Assembly (NCBI GenBank): GCA_004431415.1 | Contig: QPMI01000449.1 | Location: 124,001 to 188,000, forward strand | Source: Cyanophora paradoxa CCMP329 | Taxonomy: Eukaryota > Plantae > Glaucophyta | Direction: 5' to 3' | DNA: 64,000 bases | Shown here: positions 1 to 12,000 of the stretch, one piece after another | Numbering within the stretch: position 1 is the first letter of the stretch | Layout of the letters: each line of letters opens with the position of its first letter | Notes under the pieces: generated by a model | Databases searched by the model: none | What the model was told of the DNA's origin: nothing | Seen by the model: the letters and a program-made list of their open reading frames with translations, nothing else | Position numbers and translations under genes: made by a program

Positions 1-75
1 CCCGCACGCGGCGGCAGCGACCCAGCTCTTCCCTCAGGCTCACCTCGGGCCGGGCCCGCGGCCTCGCGCGTGCAG

Positions 76-3000
76 GTCTCTGCGAGAAGGCCGCGACCAA
101 CGACCAACTGATCGAGGAGCTGTGCAAGATCATCAACGGCGCATTCAGGCGAGGACTCGCACCCGCCGACCCGCGTACCCCTGCTGAGCGCGCTCCCGTA
201 CCCCAGCAAGGAGATCGAAGTCGTCGAGAAGTACGGCGGCGAGGTCCTCTGCTTCCTGGTACCCCCCCTTTCGCCGCAGCATTTCATGTATCCCCCACTG
301 GGCCACGCTGACTCCCGGCGGTCGCAGGGCGACGGTAGCTTCAGGGGGCGGGAGGGGGGGTAGGGTCGCCCCCGCGCGCTGCTAAGCCGCCCCGCTTCAG
401 GCCTGCTGGTGTTCTGGCCAGACCTGGGCGGCGGCGAGGGCGGGGGTCCAGAGACGAGGGGGCATGCCCCGCCTGAGACTGGCAACCGGGGGGCGACTCC
501 CGTCCCAGGCCCCGGCCTCGGGTCCGTCTAATCCCGACCTTAATCACGAGCCTGTACATGTGCAAGGGCCGTTGCGAATTCGAACTGGTCCGCCCGTCTG
601 CAGGACGCAGGGTCCGCGTAGCCCCCCCGACCTTCATATGGCCTCCCGCGCGGCCGCTGCCGTCCTGTGCGCCCTCGAGATCCAGGAGGCGAGTACCCCC
701 CGGGCTCACCCCCCCCCCCCAAATCTCCCGGCCGCTCAGCAGTGCTTCGCTTCGTTCGCACGCACAGGTCTTCTCGGAGGCGTGCACCGGGATGGGCGCT
801 TCAGATCTGAGGCTCCGCGTCGCGGTCGCAGGTGCGGGCGGCCCTCGCCCCTCGTTCGATCGCGAACGATCGCGACCCGCGCTCGAATCCGCAGCGGGCG
901 AGTTCCAGGAGTACTTCTGCGGGATCGGGGGCGTTACGAGCGCCGGGGGGTATGCGGCGCGCGGGGAGAGCGCCCTAGTGGACGAGGGGGGGCGAGTCGT
1001 TCCGGGGTGCGCCCCGCCCCCTTTCTTCCCCCCCCCCCGGCACCCATTTTCGGCGCAGGCGCATGGTTCACTTCATCGCGGGGCCGGCGGTCGAGGAGGC
1101 GGGCGGTGCGTTCCCTGCTCCAAAAAAGAAACAAAAAGAAAGATAGAGAGAAGGGCCCCCTCGAAAGAGCGAAATTGATCTCATAGGAAAACATTTGATC
1201 CGCAGCGGCCCTGGGGGCGATCAAGACAGGCGAGGTCGCAGTGTGTGCCTCGGCCGCTACGCACCTGCTCGGGTCCCCGCTGGGGCCCGGCCCAGGGACC
1301 GGCCCGGGGTCCGCCTCCGGTCGCGATACCCCGGCTGGTTTGGAGGGCGTCACCGCGTACACCCCCGGGCCCTCCCCGTCCGCCAAGGCGATCCCCTCGC
1401 GCAAGTTCAGCTTCCGATTGGATCCGCTGCGGTACCCCCGGGCCCTTCTTCCCCCCATAATAAAAGAAAAGTATGTAAGCCCCGCGCAGGCCCGTCGCGG
1501 TCCCTGTACCCGTTATGGGGCCCGCGCACGTGGTCGCCCCCCCATCGGTTCGGGGCCCCCTGGAGCGCTGGGCCAAACAGCTGCCCCCCGCCGCCGCCGG
1601 TGCGCACGGGTTACCCCCCCCTCGCCCCCCCTCCCCCCCCCTCATCCCCTGATGAAACGATGTGCTCCCCCCCCCCCCCCCCGGACAGCGCCGATGGACC
1701 CCGGGGAGTTGGGGCCGGACGAGCAGGACGCGGTAGCCCTCTACGTGTGAGCGCGATCGCCCCGGATTCACGTAGCCCCCGCATCCCGAAATTCACGTAC
1801 CCCCGCCCGCAGGCCGTACACGGTCCGCGCTCGCTTTCGGGACATGCGCGAATGGGCGGCGCTCTCCGGCGTTCGCGAGTTCGATCCGTGCGGGCCCCCA
1901 TTTAGTTTCCCCCTCCCCCTCCCCGCCCACCATCTGACCTGCCCCCCCAGCACGCGATTCCTGAGCGAGTTCCGCGTCGTATCTGTACTGGTACCCGGCT
2001 TGGTCCCTTCCCCCCTCCGGCCCTCCCCGACCCGGGTACGCAGTTCATGAAGCTGGAGGGGCTGGATCCATCGCAGGCGAGCGTCCAACGGGCCGTCCAA
2101 GGACTCCAGGTACCCCCGCTCAAACGCCGAAAATCATGTACCCTTCTCGACCACATGTACCCCCCGCAGGCGGTCCTGTACTCCCACGAGGGCTCCCTGC
2201 GCCAGATCGTCCTCGACGGTGCTCCGAACCCCCCTCTCCCATCTGGCCCCCATCCCCCCTTCTCATCCCAATTTGACGTACCCGGCCGCGCCTCAGACAA
2301 GGGCCTGGTCTTCATCGCCGTCTTCGGCCTCTGGCCCTTCGGTACCCCTCCTTTCTCCCCCCCCCTCCCCCGCCCCGAGCTGAGCCCCGCGGCAGCGCAC
2401 GAGGATGACGCAGCGCGCGCCATAACCTGCGGTGCGGCGGCCCGTACCCCTCCCCCGCCTTTCCCCCCCTCACTTCGTTCGCAGCGGTGGACATGCAGGC
2501 CTCGATGCGCGCGATGGGCGTGAAGACGCACGTCGGGTACCCGTCCCCTCCCTTCCCTCCCCCGCCCCGCCCCGCCCCGTGGATCCCGCTTTGATTCGGC
2601 TACGTTCGCAGGATCACCACGGGTCTCGTCTTCTGCACCTTCGGTACGCCCCCTCCCCTCCCCCCCCCCTCGCCCCCCTCACCTGAGCTCACGTGAGCGC
2701 AGTGGGGAGCGCGCGCCGCAGCGAGTTCTCTGTCTTCGGCACAGGTTCGGATTGATTTGATTCCCGTTCAATCTGATTTGATTGTTTCCGCACCGCCTGA
2801 CCGGCCCTCTCTCTCCGCAGTCGTCAACCGCGCGGGCGCGCCCTCGTCTCCCTGCTCCCCCCCTCCCCCCTCCACAAAGCGCCCCCCTCGTTCTAAAAAT
2901 AGCGCAGCGCACCTGATGTCCAAGGCGGAGGGGGGCGTCTTCGTGGACGAGAAGACGTGCGAGGCATGCCGGGCCCGGGTGCGCGGATCAAATCCGGATC

Positions 3001-6000
3001 AAATCCGGATCAAATCTGGGTCGAATCCGGATCAAATCTGGGTCGGAGCGGGGCGCGAATTAGATGTGGGCGCGGACCTGCATCTAGCTCTAGATCTTAA
3101 TCATATGATCACAGCATAACGTCTAGATCCTATCATTTGGATCAAAGATTTTGAGATCGAGATTATCCACGGCTGAATCCGAAGCAGATCAAAATGGAGT
3201 TTGTCGGCCACTTCAAGATCAAGGGCGCCGAGGACAAGGTCTACCCCCTCTCCTTCCTTCCCCCCCTGCCCCCTTGAGCATGAGCTTCGCTCGCAGGTCC
3301 CCGTGTACCGGCCGGTGGTGCGGCAGGGCACCCTCGCGCGCTCGCAGACGATGAGCAGGCCCGGGCCCTCCGCCAAGACCACGGTGCGGACGGCGTACCT
3401 TTTCATTCATGCTACATTTTTTCTAGGCTTTCTAGGAGCTCTTTCCTATAGGAGCGTTAGACAGACATGTATAGAAGTCCCAGGCCCCCCCAATGTGGTC
3501 CATCAATGAACAGTTAACTCGTCAGTGAGGCTCGCGTCCTTTTTTATACGATTCCATAAGCTTCCCTACAAGCTCCTATAAGCTAGCTTCCTCACAAGCT
3601 TCCTTTCAAGCTCCTGGATGCGTTCCTTCTTAAACACGCTCCCTCATAACGCTTCCATATTAGCTCCCATAAGCTTCTTTGAGCGTTCTTTCTCGCTTAT
3701 GCACGCGCCAGGTCCGCTTTATGGCGCGGGCCTCAGAGATGGCGCGGATAGAGGAGCTCCTCGGGGCGGCCGCCTCGGGCGCCGTGGCTGGCGAGAGAGG
3801 AGGCCGCCCCGGTGCCGGCGCCGGCGGTGCCGACGATACCCAACGCACGGGCGGAGGCGGGGGCGGGGGCGGGGGCGGGGGGGAAGCGCCCCCGCCCCCG
3901 CCCTTCCTCCTCTACGAGGGCACCAGCGGCACCGGTACCCCCCCCTCGCCCCCCTCGCGCCTGTACCCCCCGCTGACCCTCGTACTCGTACCCTCCCTCC
4001 TCTCTTCCTAGGCAAGAGCACGCTCGTACTGCACGCCACGCGGGTCGCCGCGCGCCTCGGGATGACGGTGAGTCCCGCGGCCGCCGGCATGCGCGCCCGG
4101 CCGCGTGTATAGAGCGCATGCAAAGCGTATTACCTCGTATAAGAATACCCAACTATGAAATGAAACCTTCGTTCGCAGGCGGTGGTGGCGGCGGGCCGGT
4201 CGAACCGCGCGCTGCAGCCCTGGTTCCTCTGGCGAACGGTCCTCCGCGAGCTCTTCCCCCTCGGGTCCGCGCGGATCAAATCCGGAAAGATCAAATCCTT
4301 ATCGAATCGCGCCCCAGGACGCTCGAGATGGGCCCGCTGCTGGACGAGGAGGACCTCGAGCTGCTGTACCCCCTCTCCCAGGCGCGCCCGCCCGCCCGCG
4401 GTCCATGCTTCCAGCTGGCCTGGGTCTAGATCACGGGGCCGGCACCGAGCGCTAGGCCTAGGGCAGTCGCCCGGCTCCCCCTGGGCCTTGAAGCCGGTAC
4501 CGGCGGGTACCACATGCAAAGCCTAAGGGGCGTAGATGCGGTCTCCCTGCCCAACCCCCCGTAACCGCTGCGGCGATTCGTCTTGAGGCGGTCGCTGAGG
4601 CGGGGCGGGGCGGGGCGGGGCGGGGCGCAGGCGCTGCAGCTGGACCCAACCCCTGCGGCGGCGGCGGCGGCGGCTGTGGCACAGGGCGGCTCGTTCCGCG
4701 CCCGACGCAGCGCCTACACGCGGCCCTCGGCGCAGCAGCCGCCGGCGCAGCCTTCGGCCGTCGGCCGCGAGTCCCCCGCCGGAGCCGCGCCCCAGATACC
4801 GGAGCCGGGGCCGGGGGCGGGGCCGGCCTCGCCCCGGCTCAGCCCCCTCCCGCCCAACCGCCGCCGTTCCATCGCGTGCGCCTCATCTGATCGGATCCGA
4901 TCCCATCTGATGCGATGTGATGTGATCTGATCTGATGTGATTTGATCCGCGGCGGCAGGTGGGTGCCTGCCGAGTCCCTCGCTGCTGCGGCCGCGGGAGA
5001 TTTCATCCCCCCCCACCTCCCGAACCCGCATTCCCCCGCGCCCGAGTCCCCCCTCCCCGGCCCCGAGAGCCCCCGCAGGCTGGCGGTCCCCGCGGGCCGC
5101 TACGCGCGCCGGCGCTCGAGCGCGGGTAGCCAGGCGGGCCCTACCCCCCCCGAGGACCTCTCGGCGTACCAGGCGCCCAGTCCCTCGCTCGCGATCGGAC
5201 CGGGGGCGGGCGAGCGGGACCGGCGGCGGAGTCTCGCCGCGGGCGCGCGCGGGCAACGGAAGCACTCGGCCGCTGCGAGGTGCGCGCGCCGGCGGCACAA
5301 CGCATGGGCAGCCAAGTACCGCTAGAGGGACCGAGGGCCGCGCCTGTCCCGCCTTGTCCCTATCTATAATTCCCAAGCTTGCCCCCCAGTCTCCCCCTCT
5401 CCCTTTGAACAGGCTTTACCTCAAGCTGAAGCTAAGCGGTACCCCCCCGCGCAGCGATCTCGAGGGTGGCAGCGGCGGCGGCAGCGGGGGGGAGAACAGC
5501 GAGCAGGAGGCGGTACCCCTCGGGCGCCTCCTCGCCGTCCCCTGGGTACCCTCCCCCGAGGGCCCCACCTCCCCCGTGGCCCGCCGCCGATCGGTTGCGC
5601 TCCAAGCCCCCCCTGCCCCCGCCCGAGCGTTTCCGCTCATATGAGCCGCCCGGCAGGCCGCGCCCCCGCCGCCGTCAACGATGGCGGAGGGCGCCGACCC
5701 CTCGGGGCCCGACTCGATGCCGGCGCCTCATATGAGCCACGAGGGCTCCGTGGCGCTTCCCCTTCCGTTGAAGGCTCGGGAGGCTCCGCGCCGCGAGTCA
5801 AACGGCTCGGGAGGGCCGGCGCCGGCGCCGGGGCCGGCGGGAGGCGGGGACGGCGCCCTCCTCCCCGGCATCGTCCTCCCCATGCCCGCATCGGACTCGT
5901 CGGAGCCGCACCACGGCTTTGCCTCGCTCGGCTCTTTCCCCCCCGTCGAGCCGCACTCGCCCCTACCCCCCCACCCTCCTCCCCCTCCTCCTCCTCCTCC

Positions 6001-9000
6001 TCTTCGGGCCGGGAACGAGGGCGCGAAAGAGGGCGAGCAGCCGCGCGCCCCCCCGGCCCGCGTGCAGCACCGCACCATGTCCGTCGATTCCGTCGCCTCC
6101 TCCTCGCACGGCGAGCACGGCGGCCTCTCCGGTTCCGGAGGCCCCTTCGGAGGCCTAAGCGGCCTGTCGGGCCTGCGGGCGCCGGTGCCTAACGAGCCTC
6201 GCCGGGAGTCCAACGCCTCTCGGGCCGAGGCCCCGCTCACGACCACGCGCGGGCCCCAGCGGCGCGTCTCCCAGATCGGGGGGGTACTGAGCGGTGCGCC
6301 TTCACCTCGCCCCCTAGGGCCTCCCCTCTCGCCCCCTTGGCCATGGGCGATGTTAATGTTAACGGTACTATCCTTACTAAAAACAAATGCGCATAAAGGT
6401 CTCGACTGTGCGAATAGATTTTAACTGATTATCACTTGCGCCCCCTCCCCCTTCTTTCCCTCCGAACCGGCACCGACCCGCCCCGCCCCTTCCGCAGTCG
6501 ACCCGCCAGCCAAGTACCTCGCACGCGCCCTCCGCGCGCTGGTCGCGAAGCTCGTCACGCGGCGCGCGGCCGCGGCCGGCCCCATCCTCCTTGTCTTCGA
6601 AGGTACCCCCCCCCCCCCCCCCCCGCGCCGCGCCGCCCGGCCTCGAATTAGAACCCGGCCGCCTCTTCAGACGCGCACCACGCGGACAGCCAGTCGTGGG
6701 CGGCGATCGGCAGCCTCCTGGCCGCGCTGGCGGGCGCGCCGGCGGCCCGCGCGCGCCTCGCCGTCCTCGTCACGATCCGGCCGCTCGCGAGCGCCTCCCT
6801 CGCCGCCCGCCTCGCCCAGCGCCTCCTGGAGGCGGGGCCCACCGCCGTCCAGCACGTCGTCCTTGGACCCCTCTCCGAAGGTCCGCGAAGCCGCCCTACG
6901 CCTCTTTCCCGCCCAAATTCAAATTCAAATTCGAAATTTTCGGCGCAGGGGACGTGGAATCGCTGTGCCTGGCGGCGCTGGGCGCCCAGCGCCTCCCGCG
7001 CGCCGTGCAGGCCTTCATCAGCGCTCAGGTGCGCTGGGCGCGCGCCGCGCCCGGAATCGAATATTAATGTGAATCGGCTGCAGCCGCTGCGGTTGCTGTA
7101 GTCCATAAGATTGTAGCGTTTTGAAATCGATATCCGAACCATCTGAATTCTAAGCCTCTGAACTATTATATGAACTATCTAAACTATCTGCTCTGAACTA
7201 TTGTATGAACCATCTAAACTATCTGAAGTCCAATTCGAAACTATCTTAACTATATATTATCCAAACCATCTGAATTCAATTGCAAAGCCTCTGAACTGTA
7301 TTCTTCTTATCCGACACGATCCGCGCCCGCGCCCGCGCCCGCGCCCGCGCGCAGGCTGAAGGCCTACCCATGCTGGTCTCGGACCTGGCCCGGTCCCTGG
7401 TCGCAGACGGCTTCCTGGAGGTGCGTGGATTAGAGTTTATATTAGGTATAGGTATAGGTATTAGGTATTAGGATTATAGGTATTAGATCGTAGAACTAGT
7501 TATCGAATTAGGTGCGCACTGTCAATTATTTAGGATGCTATGATAACGTACGCGCGATCGATACCATATCATAAATTTAGAACAAGAGTCGAAGTTAGAG
7601 CGTAGCGGTAAAGCGTTAGCGATTGCGTGCCCGACCTCGCTCGGCCCTTTGGCTCTTCGGTTCCTCAGCTTTCCGCTCCGCAGGTGGACCCGAGCGGCGA
7701 AGTGCTGGTGAAGAAGGCGCTTCGGAGGCTCAAGCCCACCGTGAGCCCGCCTTTATTATATTAAGCTTAAGCTCCCCTGGACCGCAATGAGACGTCTTTC
7801 TTAATCATCTTATTTGATCCATCTTTCCATCTTTCAATCTTTCCATCTCTCTTTCTGCTACCGTTGTGCCGCTGATCGGCGGGCAGGACGGGGCGCGCTC
7901 AGCACTGGTTGGCAGCCTCGACCGCCTCACCCCCTCCCAGGTGCGCATCTTTCGTTTTCCTTCCCTTCACTTCCTCCTCCTTCTGATGGCTGGTTTTATA
8001 TTACGTATACTTATACAGGCGATGACCCTCAAGCTCGCCTCTGTGGCGGGGGTGCACTTCTCCGCGGCGGAGGTTCTCGCGTGCCACCCGGGCACAGGCG
8101 CCGGCGCCGGGGCCGGCGCCGGCGCGGAGCGGCCTCTGGCGGAGTCCGGGTCCGCGCTGCCGGCGCCCTCCGCAAGGAAGCGGGGTACGGGTCTGGCCGT
8201 GGCCGCCACCGTCGCCGCGGCCGGCACGCTGGAGTTCGAACTGGACGAGGTAAATACGCACGCGTACCCCCTCCCTCCTTCCCCCCCTCGACGCCGACGC
8301 GGCTTGCTTGCAATTGCAGCTGCAGGCGGCCACGGGCCTGGCGGCCGCCCTGGCGCGCGATCTGGCGGCGCTGGTCGACCTCCACATGCTGGTGCGAACC
8401 TGCGCTTTAAAAACGTTACCGTTACCGTCAACGTTGCTAGAATGGAATTAGGAAGTTGGTGCGCATCGGCGCTCTAAAACACTTTACCTAGCTATAGCTA
8501 TAGGAAGTTCGATGACAAAGCGCGTCGGCGCTTTGAGCAGATTGTGATGCGAGAGCGGGTTAGGCTTCATAAAACTCATAGATAGAGCTTCGAAACGCGG
8601 CCCAGATCATCGTGAGGCGGGTCCCACTGACCTTCGTTCGCAGGCGGAGGTCGCGGCGGGGCCGGCGGGGGGGGAGGGCCTGGAGCTCGTCGCGCGCCCC
8701 GACGACGAGGCCGGCCCGGGGGGGGATCTCGAGGGGGGGAAAGAAGGGGGCGAGGGGGAGGGCGCCGCGGAGGCGTCGACGGAGTACGAGTTCGTCCAGC
8801 CAATGCTCCAGGTTCGATCCGTTTCAGGACGCTTTCATTCGATCTTATATGATTATATATATACATCTCACAACGAATAAGAGATGTCTTCGTGCAACGA
8901 GATCTATGTATAAGATCTTATGGATCATAGCGTTCTTGTACCCTCGCACGTTCCCGCAGCGAAGTTTAGAACGTTCCTCCTCACAGCGAACTAATTCGAG

Positions 9001-12000
9001 CCTAAATCCGTCCGTTCGTTCGGGCCCGCAGGAGGTGGTCTACACGCTCCTGCCGCCCGCCGAGCGGCGCGCCCTCCACCTGAGGCTCGCCCGCCACCAC
9101 GAGGTGCAGCGCGCTCTTATATATATATGTGATTTGGGATTTGTCTGCTTAAGGGCCTAAATACTCTTCTCTCTGCCTCGTATTAAAAAGGAGCGGCTGG
9201 CGGCGCGGGGTGGTCTCCGCGGCCTCTGACTTGAGACTTGTAAGCTGAAGGGCTTACATCTTCTGTCTCGTATCAAAAAGGAGCTAAAATAAGGAGCCCC
9301 TAAATAAGGGCTTTATTAAGGGCTTAAATAATCTTCTCTCTGTCATCTTCTGTCTTACATAAGGGCTTAACTAATCTTCTCTCCGTCTCATATATACTTC
9401 ACAGGAGCGGCTGGCGGCGCGGGGCGGCCTCCGCGAGCTCGAGGGCGAGGGCGAGGGCGTCACCGAAGACCACGATTTGATCACGGTGCGCGCGCGATCG
9501 TGAGCGGTGCAAATTAGAGCTCTAAAAGTGGATCTAGAGCGATAAGGCATATGCGTGCTTTCTCCATCGATAGCTCCCGTCGTTGCACACTGTCTCAGAG
9601 GCCGATATCTATCGCGAGGGAACACCCTCTAGTGCCTTTAATTTCTCCAGAAACTCTTAAGCCACTGCGTTCCCTGCGGGTTCCCTTAGTAGCGACGAGG
9701 CGGCGTGCGGCTCGGTTCGAATTCGACTCCCATCTCTCTCCCGAACCCGACTTCGTTCGCTTCGCCTCGCTCGAACTCGAACTCGCAGGTGCTGGCGTAC
9801 CACTACGAGCTGGCGGGCGAGCGGGGCCACGCCTGCCTCTTCCTCGAGCGGTACCCCCCCTTCCGCTCTTTTGAATTTGACGGACTCCGCCCCGGCGCTT
9901 CGCGCTGACGCGACGACGCCCTCTCCGGCGAGTAGATGCGCGGACGTGGCGCACCAGCAGCACGCCAACCTCGAGGCGCGCCCGCCCCTAAACTATAAGA
10001 ACTATAAGAACCTAATCTATAAGCTTCTATATATGAACTATAAGCTCTATAAAGCTATAAGCTTCTGTAAGATCTGGCGCACCAGCAGCACGCCAACCTC
10101 GAGGCTCGCCCCCCCCCCCCCCTCCCGGCTCGCCCTTCGAATCCAGATCGCCGCCATCTATAAGTTTCTATGTATGAACTATAAGCCCTATAAGCTATAA
10201 ACTTCTGTTAGATCTCGCCCCCGCGCGGAATCCGGATCGCCGCGCGCCGGCGCCCCCCTCTCCCTCCCTCCCAACTCGTCCTCCGAATCTGATCTGAATC
10301 TGAATCTGAATCTGAGCTGATTTCTCCCCCCCGTGGCCATGCAGGCGGCCCGCCTGTACGAGGACCTGATCCGCATGGGCGGCGACAGGTGCGTGTGGTC
10401 CGAGCTGCGGCCGTCGGACTTCCGAGCCGCCCTCTCCGCCTTTAAGATTAGCTGTAAGCTAAAGTTTCCATGATATATAAGGACCGTGCGCTCATGCTAA
10501 AGCTAAAGCTAAAGCTAAAGCTTCCTCCATGGGCGGCGACACGTGCGCCGGGCCGCGGCCGTCGGACCCCCGAGTCGCCCACTCTCTTCGCCGCGCCCCA
10601 CCAAACCTTGGCCCTCGCCCCCACCAAACCTTCGCCTCTCGCAGGGCGCCCAAGGCCTCGCTGGTCCGCTGGCTCCGCTGCCACGGCGAGGTCCTCGCCC
10701 GCATGGAGTGCGCCCCGCCCCGCCCGCCCGTACACTAAACGAAACCAAACTAAGTTCGTCGAATTAGCTAAACTAAACTATAGCTAACTAAGTAAACTAA
10801 ACGCCCGTACACTAGAGGAAACCAAACGGGAAAAGCTAGCTCGCGATCGGCCCGCCCGTAAACTAAACCAAACTAAGTTCGTCGAATTAGCTACGATATC
10901 GAATCGATCGTCGAATCGAACGCTACTAGCGGCTATATATAGCTCCCGGACCGCCCGTACACTAAACTAAACCAAACGTGAAAAGCTAGCTCGCGATCGT
11001 CGAATCGAACGCTACTACTAGCGGCTATAGCTATAGCTAGGAGCCTCCAAGCTTAAGCATCCAAGATTAGCTGTAAGCTGAAGCTTCCAGGATAAGCTAT
11101 AAGCTACAAGCTTCCGATAGAGTTCGCGATCGCCCGCTGCAACAGCTTAAGCTTGCGGTTGTCTAAGGCTTAGCTTTGTATTATTTGAAATATCTAGAAG
11201 CTCCAAGCGTATCTGGAGTTCAAGCCGCATCCTATCTAAGGCTATAGCTAGCTATAGGCCTAGGTATCCGTCCGTCCATCCATCCATCCATAAGCTTCCG
11301 AATTGAAGGGAACGAGGTCCTTCCATCTATCTCTCCATCTATCTGACGCCCGCGATCTATCTGATGCTATTTTATTCATCTATTTAATGCCTTGCGCTCC
11401 GCCCGCCCGCCAGTTTAGCCAGTCTAGCCTCTCTGATGCATGCGCATCCATCCGCCTTCACCTCACGCCCTCCGCCCTCCGCCCTCCGCCCGCCAGCCTG
11501 AACGCCGAGGCGGTCGCCTCCTTCGTGCGCGCCATGGACGCCCTGGGCCAGCGCGTGCCCCGCTCCGCCCTCGTCCGCTCCGCCGCCGCCGCCCTCAACG
11601 TCCTCCGCGTCGCGATCGCCGCGAGGTGCGAAATATAATTAAAGAGAAACGCAGCGCCGTTTGGAGAGCCGTTTGGATACTAGAGATTCTAGAGCCGTTT
11701 GGATACTAGAGCTTTCTAGAGCCGTTTGGAGATTCTAGAGCCGTTTGGATACTTTGGCGCTCGCCATAGAAGCTAACTAGAGCCTCAACGCCGCCCGCGT
11801 CGCCTTCGGCTCCGCTGGCCGATCGCGAGTGTACATAGCGGAGAATCTAGAGCCGTTTGGATACTTTGGCGCTCGCCATATAAGCTATAGCTGAAAGCTT
11901 CCAATGTACTCGTCGCCGCGAGGTATGCGTATGCGAACTACCGTACATAAGCTTACGCGACGTCGACGCGCTTCCGATGTGCTCTGAGCGCCGTCCTCCG

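Noticed and set aside
2987-3045. ATCAAATCCGG tandem units, and similar GAGATTTGATCC units at about 13238-13290
   Set aside because: Short intronic tandem repeats with no evidence of function.
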